Shown: positions 50,020-63,761 of the stretch, piece after piece
Numbering within the stretch: position 1 is the first letter of the stretch
How the letters are laid out: the number at the start of each line of letters is the position of its first letter
Source: Mytilus californianus
Lineage: Eukaryota
NCBI RefSeq assembly: GCF_021869535.1
Contig: NW_026262581.1
Span: forward strand, 33,356,001 to 33,420,000
Reading direction: 5' to 3'
DNA length: 64,000 nt
Notes under the pieces: generated by a model
Told to the model about the DNA's origin: nothing
What the model saw: only the letters and a program-made list of their open reading frames with translations
The model's database searches: none
Made by a program: the position numbers and the translations under genes

Positions 50020-51176
50020 GAAATGCACGTTGTTGTCCCTGCTTACTTAGCAATAACCACTCTTTTGTTATTTTTGTTTAAAAGTAAATATAAATAATAT
50101 TTACATGTGGTATTTTTTTGCTTTCAAGAGTTATATAGTACACTTTGCTCCAAAAAAGGTCTAGCTAGGTCCCTGTAAAAATGAGGCTATAATGATGTTT
50201 ATTTACCATGATCACATTCATTAAAGCTGCATTTTTTGCATATAATATAGTATATACATGTATAAAGAGAACAATGGAGAAGGGTAAATGGGTTTAATTT
50301 CCACCCTAGACATTACTTTTAATAGGCAGATGTAATGCGTCTATTCTGTTGTTCCTATGTCCCAAAATTCTACTCGCCCTGGCTAGGTCCCCTACATCTT
50401 TCTTTTCTATGTATAGATCAACTCTATGGAAAGGTAAGGGGGTATTTTATATATAGTCAAGCGGCTAAGTTCTGTCTTTCCTTGTCTCTTTTTTTCCCTT
50501 ATTTTTCTGAGTCTAGAGCACCTCTTGAAAGACACCCCCTATAAAAGCCACCCCTGGAAAGCTACCAATCAACAACTCTTTTTCCTATGCTGCATGAAAA
50601 GAATGTTCCGGTTTTGTTCATTGTTGATATTTGTACAGTGACTTATAATTACTTACAGCCACATTATTTTAACTCTGGTGGATAGTTGTCTCATTGGCAA
50701 TCATACCGCATCTCCTTATTTAACTATGGGTTATTTTAGATAGATGACTAACAAAAGTTCAATCATATGAAAAAAAAAATAATTCTGCAATGGTTAACAT
50801 GTTGTCATTTTGAGATTTCAATTAATATATATATATCAACAAAAACATTTGGTTGTATAAATGGTTCCACTATGATTGTAATTTTCCTCTGTTTTGTGTA
50901 AACAATACATTTAAGGTCCCTAATATAAAGAATTTATGTACTGATTTCAGATTATTATTTTAGGTTAATAACAATGCACTGTAAATCCAAATATGTTTAA
51001 TGGTTTTAATTTATGTGAATCATAACTTAATATTATTTATATTCTAAAATTTTAATTATAGTCTATTTTTCTTGTGGACCTAAAATAGAGATTTTTGGTG
51101 AAATTTAGCAACATTGTCAGTATTTCAACCACATTTAGGCCTAGGAAAGGTAGAGCGCAGAGTTTGGCAAACTAAA

Positions 51177-51378
51177 TACTGTAAATTCAGAAATAATTGC
51201 GAGATTTTTATTAATGCGAATAACGTGACTTGTTCATTATCGCAATAATAAGAACTCACTTTCTGATATCTGATTCTAGGCCGATTTTCCTAAAAACGCA
51301 ATAATTAATCTCGCTTTTTTAACCATTCTTCAAAAATCGCAATATTATATGCACGCAATAGTTTCAGAATTTACAGTA
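51177..51378. mobile_element. TA-flanked MITE
   Basis: TACTGTAAATTCAGAAATAATTGCG / CGCAATAGTTTCAGAATTTACAGTA inverted termini. Confidence 0.8.
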
Positions 51379-51973
51379 TCAAGTCAACTTTTTGTTTGTT
51401 TGTTTTGTTTTTCAATTGCCTTTTCCTCTTAGAGCAGTAACATATGAATTTTGATTAAAATCAAAGTTGATTCAGTAAGTTTTATGACACAATAACACTT
51501 TATTATTTCTAAAAAGCATATTCATACTCTATTTACCGATCACTTTAACTTCGTTCATTATTTAATCAATAATTTATCTAAGGACTCTTTCCATTCGTTT
51601 AAACTTAATGTTTATGTGTAGTACTTTTGAATTCAAATATAAAAAGAAAATGTCATAAACTACTATTGAGAGAAATAATGTGAAATGTATGACATCATAT
51701 TGCATTTCAGCTTTTTGTTCAGTTTTCTTTGCATTGTTTATAATGTTTAATTCCATTTCTGACTTTTTTCCCAGTTTTTTTATGTTTGGATGTTTCCAGC
51801 TTAATTTAGAACCAGCAGCAGAACTTGTACATCTTTGAAGTTTTTAATCTTGAAGCAGGTATAATAAAAAATATTAAAATTTTGTCCACTGAAAATAATT
51901 TTTTATCCATTCAATATCAATATTCACAATTTTGAAGCATGTATTGTCTACATTTTCAGTTTTTCAATATTTA

Positions 51974-52113
51974 TAGATTATAACTTGTCCTTTTTCATAT
52001 CGGCCCTGGTATCATCCCGAGACTCCCATATTAGCCCAAGGCCCCAGCAGAGGGTTCAAATCGGTCGAGGGATGATACCAGGGCCCATATGAAAAAGGAC
52101 GTCTTATAATCTA
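51974..52113. mobile_element. 140-bp hairpin element with about 45-bp arms
   Basis: TAGATTATAA...TCCTTTTTCATAT(C/G)GGCCCTGGTATCATCCC and its reverse complement. Confidence 0.8.
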
Positions 52114-52460
52114 TTTATCACATATTTTACAATTTTAGTAGTATCAATCCCTGTATGATGACAAAGTTCAGGTGTGATTATGACCCGTGTATATGCAAAT
52201 CCCAAATACACCGGTAGGTGGTGCGGCTGACAGAATCAGGTAACAGGTAACAGGTACTATTGGTATAAGTATCGGATTCGACCCGGAACTTGTTAATTTT
52301 TTGTAATATTAATTATATGGAAAACAAATGAGCCTGGGATGGTGTAATTTTAACACCATTGTCCTATATTAGTTATATATAAAGTTGAATTCTTTGATTC
52401 GTCGTTTTAACGTCATGCCGGCTAACAAATTTGACCTTGTTATTTTAGAAGTATAGTTAA

Positions 52461-54129
52461 GACGTTGCGCACGTTATTGCGTCAATACCGTGAAATCAAC
52501 CAGTCCACACTGATAAACAGCTTTTCTATGAAATCAGAACAGTTAAGCTATATACAATTTATATTCATAGAATAGGCAGGTATTACTGTTCCCAAAAAAA
52601 TCAGCAAATTGTTTTATAATATTTTACAATAGTCTAAAATAAGGACAAAAATTTTGGCAAAACGTCAAAAATATGCATGTCAGACGTAACAGACTATACG
52701 CATAATAACTTTTATAGGGATGTTTGTACTCTTCGAAACAGTGTAAAATCCGCGAAAATTCGCATGAATGATATGCCTCTTATATAAAGTATTGCGTCAT
52801 TACTGAATTTTCGTTGATGCAACGGCAAAAGCTGATTTTTTGCAAACATAAATAGTCTTCCTAACGGTCAGATTTCAGAAAATGGTAAGTTATCAAAATT
52901 TATAGGTTTTTGAAATATAAGATTGTATGGAATTTCGTTTTCATAAAACATGCTCACAAAAGTATATAGATAGAGCATTTCAAAACCGAATTTTTACAGC
53001 ACTCACACCACAAATAAAAATGCAACTGCTTCTGGCAAATGTCTTGCACGAATGTCCAATGTCGAATTACGCCGCTTTTTAAGAATAAACTGTCAGTTGC
53101 GATGTCATTTAAATAAAATTTCGATTGGTAGCATACAACATAGTGCTTTTCCGTAATTGTACTTTAACCCTACAAAACAGTTACATACTTTTTGATAATT
53201 GCGTTGTCAAAACGACTTCGTTTTTAAAGAAATCCAATGTCTTGCAAGTTTGTCCACTGAACGGTTTTCTTATGTTTTCAACGTTGTCAATTCGGGACGC
53301 TATTTATGTCTTTTAAAATCTAGTCGAAATGTTTGTTAAACTTTGTTTTGTGTTTTGGTGTTTAACGCAACTTTTAGCGTTATTGGTTGTATCATATCGG
53401 AAAGTTTTCTATGGTAGAGGAAGTCGGAAAACCTTGGTTGTAATATAAATTGTAAACCCGTGGAACAGACTCACAAAATACACCAAATAATATCCAAACA
53501 TGTTATTAAAAATCTTCTTATCCGATACTTCTTGTGTTATAATTGTGATAACTGATTTAATGGAGAAATATACGATTGCGACAAAACGTAATTTATAGGA
53601 AATTATAAGGTAAAAATGATTCAAAATGTCAGGAACTCGAATTCCGAAAGAAAAATGATGACCATTTTGATACAAATTATAATAGAGTACTTTATAAGAA
53701 AGACCCGTTTAACTTGTAACCCCCCTCCCCCCCCCCCCCCCCCCCCCCCCACACACACACACTTTTTATTAAAGCAAAATGGATATCTTCCTCCCCTTCT
53801 TCTCGGATTTAAATGGGGAAACATCGCATGCTAAATACGTTCTACGTCATTTGGTCTTCGGTATAGAGTTGTTTCATTGGCACTCATACAACATCTTCTT
53901 TTTTTATATATAGACCCTATTATCTTACCCAAATACATGTATTGTGTTGTTTGTTACTTGCGTAACTTCCAGTGGGAAATATTTTATGCATATTCAGTAC
54001 AACCAAACATTTAGAAGTATCCATATTGATTTGCAGAAAAAAACTGCCAACAAAAAATGTCCTCGATTATCGGCGTAAAACCTCAAATTAAGACGTTACC
54101 AATTGAGACGCAATATCGTGCGTAACGTC
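52461..54129. mobile_element. Candidate non-autonomous Kolobok-like element (TTAA-flanked, GA..TC termini)
   Basis: TTAA|GACGTTGCGCACGTTATTGCGTC ... GACGCAATATCGTGCGTAACGTC|TTAA. Confidence 0.6.
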
Positions 54130-55785
54130 TTAACGCTTCCCATTTTACCATAACAAGGTTTTGGAAAATTAATTCTTAGTATTAAGTAATAAATTATGAC
54201 CATAGTTTCCGGTACAGGATACGACTTAATCATGATATTACTTCTATCATTTCTTATGTTGTGCTCTTATTCGTTTCAGCGACTATAGAAAAATTCTGAT
54301 TAACTATCCAAATAGGATTTTTCTGTGCAAAGGGAGTTAAATGGGATTCACTTTATATCAAATTCCTCTAGCGTACGAGTCCCGGGATTACTCTGTAAAT
54401 GAAAATTTATTTTAATACCATTTTTTTTTACAGTCACTGTGTGATATTTATTCATGATGAAAGAACTTCAATGATTTAAACTGTAAAAGGTTTCAATAGG
54501 TTTCCGTTAAACTTCATGTACAGTTCACATTGGCCAGAAGATAAACTTTCTGAGTAAATAAGTCCCAAAATGTAATAATTTACCTGATCGATTTACACTA
54601 CATGCAAACCCTAGGAATATTTAACGGAATTAAGTCTATGCAATTCCATTTAATAAGTAATGGGGAGGGGAATCATGTCATACTATGAAAATCTACAATC
54701 ATTCCTAATTTCATAGTTATGAATATAAAATAATCTTCGTACGAAAGTTCGTCTTTCACATTTTTCACAGCCACCCTAAAATTACACTAAAGAAGTATTA
54801 AACTTTAAGTATTAAATGCATAAAATGAACTTTCAGCTAGCAGTCTGGATTTTCTTCTCTTTTAAACTTTGAAATTCTTTCTCTTTTGAGAGGGTGTTGG
54901 AGGTTCAGTTTTCACATTTTGTTAATTTCTTACATAGTTTTTATTCATTAAAATGCATTTGGTCAATTTGGACACCGCCAGTATTTATTTCGTTCACTGC
55001 ATAAATGTTTAATTCAAAGCAGAACGGGTTTTTTATTTCTAAAAACCATATGAAAAGAGATGCGAAAGATATCAAAGGTACATTAAAACTCATAAATCGA
55101 AAATAAACTGACAACGACATAACACAAAATAGAAAACCAAAGACTGTTTCTTAATAATCATGTAAGCTCAACATTGAGATTTCAAGAACGTGCACGCGAC
55201 AGTATGGCAACTAAAATAGTATACTTTAGTACATTCAATTAATCTAAGTAATCAAACAAGCCCTTCTATGCAGATTTAAATGATCATATTTCTTCACGGC
55301 AGAAATTCGATGCATTGTGGAAGTTTGGCGCCTGTTTTGTAATTATAATCTATGTTGACACCATTTCTTAAGGGAGCGTAGCTATAATCCGAAGGGCTCA
55401 TTTGATTACTTCGATTGAATTTTCGGTGCGGAAGTGTGACACGTGTGCTATTTATCGTTTTTTATGAGGTTGCTCAGTTGACGTATATAACATGAATCAA
55501 AAAAAAAAAAGGAAAATGACCTCTTTTTAAAATGATAAAAATCCATTTATGTTCAAAGAGAATATCTATCTCTAAAATGATATGAAACTGTTTCTGTAAT
55601 GTTAAATATATCCAGTAATTTCCCTTAAATAAAAGATCAAACTAACAACCTTCATTTATTCACGAATAAGTTCTTCAGATAAGAACATTGTATAAGAAAT
55701 TTTGGTACAAGTATTACTCACTTATGATAAACCACGAATTTCTGATTGTCATCTCACAGAGGACACACTTTGTTTAACACCAGAA

Positions 55786-55842
55786 ATGAAACCGGACTAT
55801 CTAACGATTATTTGTGTATTAGTCTACCTTAATTATGTTACG
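55786..55842 (+). CDS. Secreted/membrane Cys-module protein, exon 1 (signal peptide)
   Basis: MKPDYLTIICVLVYLNYVT, then ACG|GTAAGG (phase 0). Hydrophobic h-region. Confidence 0.7.
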
Positions 55843-58800
55843 GTAAGGCATCTTGCTTATTTATCTAGTCTTGTAATAGAATGAAAAGATGTCGTATGAT
55901 TGCAAATGTGACAACTGTCCAATAGAGTCCAAATGGTGCGGATTTATTCAACTGCATGTACTAGTATAAGTCACAGTGCAGCCTTAAACAATGAACAAAC
56001 CCAACACCGTAAAGTCAGATATAAAGGGCGTCGACATTAATTTGTTTTGTACTTTAAGTAAAAAAAAGTGCTGTAGAAGATCTTAAATTTTCAAAACTAA
56101 CTTTTGTGTCTGATAGTAGTCTGCATTTTTCAATCGGCAATCGATTCAATAACCATAATGTCTAGCTTGCAATGGTTATTCTCTGTATTTCTAATTCGAT
56201 TTGGTCTGTCAACTGGCGTCATCAATACCATTGGTCAATTAAACAGATGCAAATACAGGCGGAAACCTAGTTGAAATAGAACAAAAGAATCGAAGCTCTT
56301 TGTCAGAGAAGGCGATAAATGATTACTGTAATGTTTACTGTAGTAACACACATTTTAAAAGTTAATAGAAACAAATAAAATGACAGTTTTTTTGCTAAAT
56401 TACGAAATATTTTATCATAAAAACACAATTTGCATAAGTTTTCAATTTATCTATTACATAATTAAGCAGAACAATTAGATATCAAGTCGACGACATGGGT
56501 GTCTATTAAGTTGGATCTAAAAAATGCATAACCTCCGATTTTTCAAAAAAATTTACCACGGACGGAGAACATATCAATCTATTTGTTCCTTAATTTTCGT
56601 TTCTGCCCTTCCATTATGTGACTCAAGAAAAAATTCCCAAAAATGGGTAACAATTGCATCGAAAAGACAAAATCGAGTGCACCTTTTTATGTTAGGGCGT
56701 GTTTGCGTTGAATATTTTGTCTTGAAAACGTAAAAAGCAAAAGTATTTGATACATCATCTCGCTTCAGATTCTATCATTTTTATATATCAAGGCAACAGG
56801 TTGACTTTATAACATCGAAAATTCACAGTAGTAAAAAAATGAAATATATAGGTCAAGTGAAATACCTTTCTAATGAATCACAAAAACAGAGTAGGTGTGT
56901 TCGAATAGCAAATATTTACTAAAAGTACTTGACGACAGACTTTTAAGTTGAATCTTAAAAATGCATATCTTCGAAAAAACTTCATTTTTTGTGTGTGATA
57001 TCTAGGGTTTATAGTCTTCAACGACTGAACATTTTTAGTCTGCCCTTCCACGAAATATTGAATTAGATTTTTTTTAAATGTTTATGAATTTTCGAAAATT
57101 CCACCTGACAACCGATCAGACAATAGTTTTAAGTTGACTGAATGCTCATTAGCTAGTAGATACATTTGTCTTTTAAAATACAACTGGCATATAAGGATCG
57201 TAATGGTGCTATGCGGATAAATTTATCGGTTTTCAAGAGCTAAATTGGCAGCGCGTCATCCCTACAATGGCTTCCATTTTTACGATTGTAAAAATGAACT
57301 GGCGTAATGGGGAGATAATTTTGACGAAGTAGAATCCTGACTGAATAGATATACAAGAAAGTAAGCAAATAAAGATTAACTGTTTGGTACTAAATTATTC
57401 TTTAGATCGCTGCAATCTCAAATAAAAAAAAGATGTGGGGTACAAACCAATGAGACAGCTACCCGACTACACAGAAACAAAAACAAAGTTAACAAACGAT
57501 TTAAAAAATTATTATAGACGTCTTATATTGCTTGATAGCTGATTAAAGTAACAGGCATAAGTAGGAGAAAAATATAAATAATAGGACAATGTGGTGGTAG
57601 GTATACAAACCCAAAGACATACAGCGCTTATCATTCAGTTTTAACCATATAAAAGTGTAATGGAAGGACACCACTAAGTCATCGCCCCTTTGCTTTCTAT
57701 GTTAAATTCTTTAATTTCAAACAGTCACAAACTGTTGTTGTCTTAAGTTAAAATAAATTGAAAGTCATGATTGCATGTCAAAGCAACACCTTATGATGAC
57801 TTGTACTGAAAAAAGCAACATACCTTTAATTGCATATAAGAGAGAACTGGTTCTCGGAAATTCGTAATTTACCGAAACAGGTACTTCAGATCCAAGAAAC
57901 AGGCAAAATGTACCCTCCTTTTAAAATTTCATACATTTTTTTTATTACTCAAAATTATAATTCAAAAAAGTGTTCTACAATTATCACCAATCATTCAGCT
58001 TTCATTTGATACCAAAATTACCAAAACACCTCCGGGTGTGGGATTTTCTCGCTGCGTTGGAGACCCATTGGTGGCCTTCGGCTGTTGTCTGCTCTTTGGT
58101 CGGGTTGTTGTCTCTTTGACATATTCCCCATTTCCATTCTCAATTTTACATATTTTGAAAGTGACACCCGTGCGTAGGATGTTTTAGATACGTTCTTCTT
58201 TCTGGTATGTTCTTTCAGACCCGGTCCGAATTAGTGGTGTTAACCAAGCACTAAAAAGTCAAAATCCAAAGCGTCTGTGAATAAAATTTAAGAGAGACAA
58301 CCAAAGATTTACGATCAACAGTACTTAATTCTTGAAAGCATGATACAAAATTTAGAACATAATAATATACATGATTGTTAAACTGACGCCAAGTCCGATT
58401 GACGAGATTCAAGACAAAGAAAAGGCACATTGATAAGTTGCGGAATCATTATTTGGTTTTTAAATCCTGATCAGGGGAAATAACAGAGGGAGCATAAAAG
58501 AATATAAACCCTGACTTGAGGTAGATTCTAATATAACGCTCTTCTCGAAAGAATCTAGTCGTATTCTAATTCCAACAAAAAACACACAATAAGTCATGCT
58601 AGACGTCACATTTGAATATGTATCACGTAATTGGTATTTGACCGACGCTAGAGATCAAAATACATTTCTGTGCGAGTCGCACACTGTATACTTTGAACAG
58701 AACCCTAAACGAGTTGGTCTATATATGAACAACTAAAGAGGCGAAACACTTGGATTTTAGAAAAATTTTGGCTTCATTAAATCAAAATGGTGGCATATCG

Positions 58801-58997
58801 TAAATAGTTGGTTTACAGTTATTGGTTTGTCCCAGCAAGGGTCGAACCCACGACCTTCTAAATCTTACACTCGAGGCGAGAATGCAAATACATGTAGCAA
58901 CAACATCGTGGCAGCTCTTTATCATAAATATAAAGTTTTGATCGTATACATGTACTGCTATATGTAAGACTGAATTTTACTTTTTGCATTTTTCCAG

Positions 58998-59013
58998 AGA
59001 GAAGTAACTGCTA
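58998..59013 (+). CDS. Cys-module protein, 16-nt microexon 2 (end of signal peptide)
   Basis: tttttgcatttttccag|AGAGAAGTAACTGCTA|gtaagt, phase 0-1. Adds REVTA, giving V(-3)-x-A(-1) before IDAC. Confidence 0.72.
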
Positions 59014-59944
59014 GTAAGTATCTTTGCATTTTGGTCTTTCTTCTCTTGTTTATCTTTGCATCCTTGTCTGCATAGTAAAATTTGAAACGGTCATTGATCA
59101 AGGCACGATGATATTACTTTTTTTAATTTCTTCTGAGCCAAAAGTTATATCATCTATGTGAGGTAATTAGTTGAAATCGCCGTATGCACACTATTTTGTA
59201 TGAAGAGTTCAACTTGCAAGTCATACAAAATGTGTTTCTGTCAATTTTACTACAAAAAAATGCCAGCATTATTATAAGTTACATTAAATTGGACATTGCA
59301 AATGCTTCCATACGTCTTTGTATACATTTTCAACTGTTCACTGTCTCACTTTTACCATTTTGAATTATTTGAAACATGGAGATTTTACCCCATTAGCATT
59401 AATTCCTTAGCCGTGTTTGGCACAACTTTTTTGAATTTTCTGTTTTAATGCGTTTCAACTTCGTATCTTGCCTTCCAGCTAGTTTGATTCACGATCAACT
59501 AATGAGTCTTATTTAGGCGAAACGCGCGTCTGGCTTGACATTCAGTAAAGACATATTTGGTTTAAATCGGTAACACTGAGCTTATTGTGGGCTTTCGTTA
59601 AATATGAAAAAAATATCACATATAAGAGATATTTCATGATTGAAAATTATTCACGGACTCATTTGTTTGAAAAAAAAAATTAAAGAATGTTAAATATCTT
59701 TTATAGTCACATTTATTTCAGTTCTTTCGAATCTCAGCACGAAAACTGAAATTATATTTTGTCTACATTTTCAAAAGTTCAGATACACATATGAATATGG
59801 CAAACGATGTTCGAGCTCGAATTTTACATTTGTAATGTTAACCATGTTTTCAAATCTTACATGAAATAGTATAGTCTCTACATTATATTCGGCAATTAGG
59901 CAAGAAAACATACCCTGATAACCTGTTGTCATTATATTTTACAG

Positions 59945-60050
59945 TCGATGCGTGCTCGCACATAAGTATCGTTTCCAAATATTCAACCAACTGTATTGGT
60001 ATTCTTGCTGTATTGAATAATACTGTACACACACATACAGATGTTTGCCA
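59945..60050 (+). CDS. Cys-module protein, exon 3 (module 1, A half)
   Basis: tatattttacag|TC ... CA|gtaagt; 106 nt, phase 1-2. Encodes DACSHISIVSKYSTNCIGILAVLNNTVHTHTDVC(Q). Confidence 0.85.
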
Positions 60051-60981
60051 GTAAGTGCAATTAGTATATTAAAAAAAAATAGAAATATGAGTGTTTTACT
60101 TGCGTGACAACTGGAATACATGTGTAAAAAGTGCGGATTTGTTAGCACGTAAAATTTGGTTCACTCACCACTGTAACATTTTGTGAATGTACAGAGGCAT
60201 GCAGGCTTTCTTGATCATATGCTGTTCGTTGTTCATATTGTCACTAGTGTTCATTTTGTATGTTATTTAGGTTGGAGTTGTCTTTTGTAGTAGCTGTCTG
60301 TAATGTTATTTGTAAATACTATCAGTTTTTTTACTTATGTCTGTGACCTTGAATGTAACCTCACTTTTACTAGCATTTGAAAGAGAAAATCATATTGGTA
60401 TAGTAAGGGGCTCTTGTATAGCAAATTTTCAGTTCAAATAGGTATTTTGACCTAAATTAATATTATAACTTTCTCAAGCGGAGTTGATAAAGGTTTGGCT
60501 GTTATATTAGAAGACGTTTTTGTCTTGAACTCCAAAATTGATAATGAACTCCACTCTCCAAACTATTGTATTTTATGAGTGTTCATCGATTTTAATTGAT
60601 TCAAAAATAATTTTTTTTAGAGAGTTTCTGTAATTTCCTGCTGTAAATTATATCCCCTAACACATGTAGCATGAAAGTACAAATTTCTAAGAAACTCAAT
60701 GTTGGATTGAAGATTACGTACACGGCATATTAACCACATAGACGAAAACCATTTCATAAGTAAAGTTGCAATATTGGCATAATTTTTATTAAAATAGCGT
60801 ATACGGTAGGATAAACTGATGAATAAATAGACGAGCACAACAGCAGCTGAAAATCAGATCATGATAAAACACATTTATGAAATAAGGCTGACCTACACGA
60901 ACTTTTAAAAATTAAAGGCGAATAAATGTAACCTGATAAGAAGGATATAAGACTCGTGACAATGTATTTTTATTTATTAAG

Positions 60982-61133
60982 GATATACAATGAAGTTGGT
61001 AGATGTATTCAATTACTTGCTGTTAAAAATGGCGAAACATGTGACATGCAGAGTCTTCATGCCACGTTTACCAAGATGGCGACATATTATAACGATGATT
61101 GGTTGACTGCAATGGACACACAATCTTGTCAAT
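60982..61133 (+). CDS. Cys-module protein, exon 4 (module 1, B half)
   Basis: tttttatttattaag|G ... T|gtaaga; 152 nt, phase 2-1. Encodes IYNEVGRCIQLLAVKNGETCDMQSLHATFTKMATYYNDDWLTAMDTQSCQ. Confidence 0.85.
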
Positions 61134-62035
61134 GTAAGAATATTATTACATAATTAATCTCAAATATATGACCCAAGGAGCATGTGCCAGTCTACAAGCA
61201 TCGCCTTGCATTTTTGCATAAAATTGAGTTATTGCAATGCAATAAGAAAAGAAACTGTATGGACCAAATTCTTATCTTGCTGATTATTTTTGCAGGTTGA
61301 TTTTTAGTCTACTTACAGACATTATTTTAGAGTTTTCAAAAAAATAGGATACAGCCGAAAGTGGTTAAATTTGCGACCAACATCTGTTACTATTCGGTTG
61401 ACCATTTGGCTTCTGAGTAGATCTTGTATTGCTGTTCACTTTTGCCATCTAACTTCTATAGCTTTATGCTATAAGGCACAAAACTATGAACTTGCCAAAT
61501 ATTACTTAGATATTTTTTTATTTTTTCAACCGCAATAAAACCAGAAAACAAAATAAAACAAGCCCCCTTCCCCCAAAAAGCAACGTTAAGGAATTCATAT
61601 TACTAAGTGGCATTTATACAACTTAATAAGAAAATAACTCTAAAGCAGTCACGATAATTATAAAAACCTCCTTAATCAGTCCGCACGGAAACATAATACT
61701 CAAAAAGTATAACCGACCCGTGACCCTGAAGGTAACTCCCGACGGACACGGTCAAATTCTGCTGAGTTTTGTCTGACTATATGCTTAAAATATTCTAACA
61801 GTAGCAATTTGGATCCATTCAACTGTTAGTCTTAAAAAATGTTTACGATATAAATTAAGTTATTTTGTGAAGGTTTTTTTTAGCAATGAAACAAGTACAT
61901 TACATCTGTATTCACGTTATCTCTGTTATCTATTATTTGTAAATCATGAGCTTTCAACATTTGCATCTGGTATTGATTCGAATTATATCGGTTGTTTGTG
62001 CGGTGTGATACTAATAATATGAACTTGTTTTACAG

Positions 62036-62156
62036 TAGAAGAACTTACTGAATCCTTGTGTACATCTCCTGATCGTCTTGGACTGGTATCTGCTATTGGT
62101 TGCTTTCCTCCTATCATTGGAGGATCCATGCAACATTCCAACTATTATATTTGTTC
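62036..62156 (+). CDS. Cys-module protein, exon 5 (module 2, A half)
   Basis: cttgttttacag|TA ... TC|gtaagt; 121 nt, phase 1-2. Encodes EELTESLCTSPDRLGLVSAIGCFPPIIGGSMQHSNYYIC(S). Confidence 0.87.
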
Positions 62157-62334
62157 GTAAGTTTTTCTTTCTTTTCTAGTATTTTTTATTACCAAATGGT
62201 GGTAACCTATTGTGATCAATCAGTCGATGGAATGCATTTTAGACTCTACATAATTGATTAGACCTGTATTATTCCTTGGTTTGTAGCAATGAAAAACCAA
62301 GTATACATAAGTTTACTGTGCGTATTGCTGTGTG

Positions 62335-62630
62335 TTTGTTTATTCTACATTGGCTAGATGTATTGGCGGAGGGTTGAGATCTCACAAAACATGTTTAACC
62401 CCGCCGCATTTTTGCGCCTGTCCCTAGTCAGGAGCCTCTGGCCTTTGTGAGTCTTGTATGTTTTTTATAAGTTTGGTTCATTTATATGTTTCGGAGTTTA
62501 GTGTGACGTCCATTTTCGCCGAACTAGCACACGCTGTGTTGAAGACCCATTGGTGGCCTTCGGCTGTTTTCTGCTCTTTGGTCGTGTTGTTGTCTCTTTG
62601 ACACATTCCCCGTTTCCATTCTCAATTTTA
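62335..62630 (+). mobile_element. Interspersed non-autonomous element in an intron of the Cys-module gene
   Basis: ...CATGTTTAACCCCGCC...AGTCAGGAGCCT...GAAGACCCATTGGTGGCCTTCGGCTG...CATTCTCAATTTTA. The 3' part recurs at about 58030-58150. Confidence 0.75.
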
Positions 62631-63761
62631 TCAAATCTACTTATTTTTATATGTTCCGTTTTTTTTTATTATTCCACTTTTAGAGTTATGAAATAAGGAT
62701 GAGGATTGAGTACTTTGAGAAGTATCTTCTGATTTATGTGAATAAAATATAATTAAGGAACAATATAACTTTGTCCTTTACTTTTAATGTTCGTCAATTA
62801 GAATAAAAAGAAAGAATCTATTATAAAGAGAAAAAAATATTTGAATACATAAAATCAAAAAGAGATTTCTGTAAGAGAAAACTAACTTATAGGAAAAGCA
62901 AATATATGCTAGCTGTTTTGCGGCATATAATCATGATAATTAGATAGACAAAGAAGAAGGTTTGTCTCGGTGCACATACAACTGGTTTTACCCTACCAAG
63001 TTATCAAGTTCGAATATCTGGACCGTGTGTTTTTCGCTGTTGTTTGTCTTCATTTGAATGTTTATTTTTTCGGATTAGTCAGCTGTTGGTGGTTGAGGTA
63101 GTCTGTTGTATTGTCCATACTTTTTGGTGATTCTTATTTTTCTTTTCATACATTGTATTATATATTTTTCGGTATAATTCAGATATGGCAAATGTAAATG
63201 TACCCCCGATTTACTGTATCCAAAATACGGGGTAAAGAGTACATTTCTGTTTGTAAATTATATCGGTAAATAAATAAATAAAAACTCGTTAAAACTCACC
63301 ATAAGAACGAGTGGCAAAAGAAAAACCTTTAAGGATGTTCGCTCTTCTTGTTTTTGAATTTTACCAGATATTCGTAATCCTTTGGTTTTATACATGTAGT
63401 GCCATTAAAAAAATTTGCCCGCAAACCCCTTCTTTTCTTTTCATAATTTTATTATGTATAGTTTAAAAAGCAAGTTTGGAAAATCTTATAAAATCCTTGT
63501 TATTTTTTCATAGTTTTTGGGAGAAAAAAGGTGCCAATGTTAAATGTATGAAAATTCTGGAGAGAATCACTTCCCGCCAAATTTTCAATGACTTATATCT
63601 CGAAAACAAGCACACGGACCCTTCATTTTTTTCTGCTTTTTTAGTTCCTTTATTCATATACTTTCTATTTATAACAATCTTTTAAAAAGCTTGTTATTTT
63701 GAAACAGAGTAGCGAACATCCTTAAATAGAGCTGTAGTGTATATTTGTTGGGAAATTTCAG

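Noticed and set aside
56158-56274. Short signal-peptide-like ORF MSSLQWLFSVFLIRFGLSTG...
   Set aside because: It has no strong donor, and the exon at 55786-55842 gives a better, phase-matched first exon.
58826-58885. tRNA-like sequence
   Set aside because: Only a B-box-like remnant without acceptor stem pairing; treated as a SINE fragment.
2036-63685. Most other 60-99 aa ORFs in the track
   Set aside because: Phe/Ile/Lys-rich chance frames in AT-rich introns, or translations of interspersed repeats.
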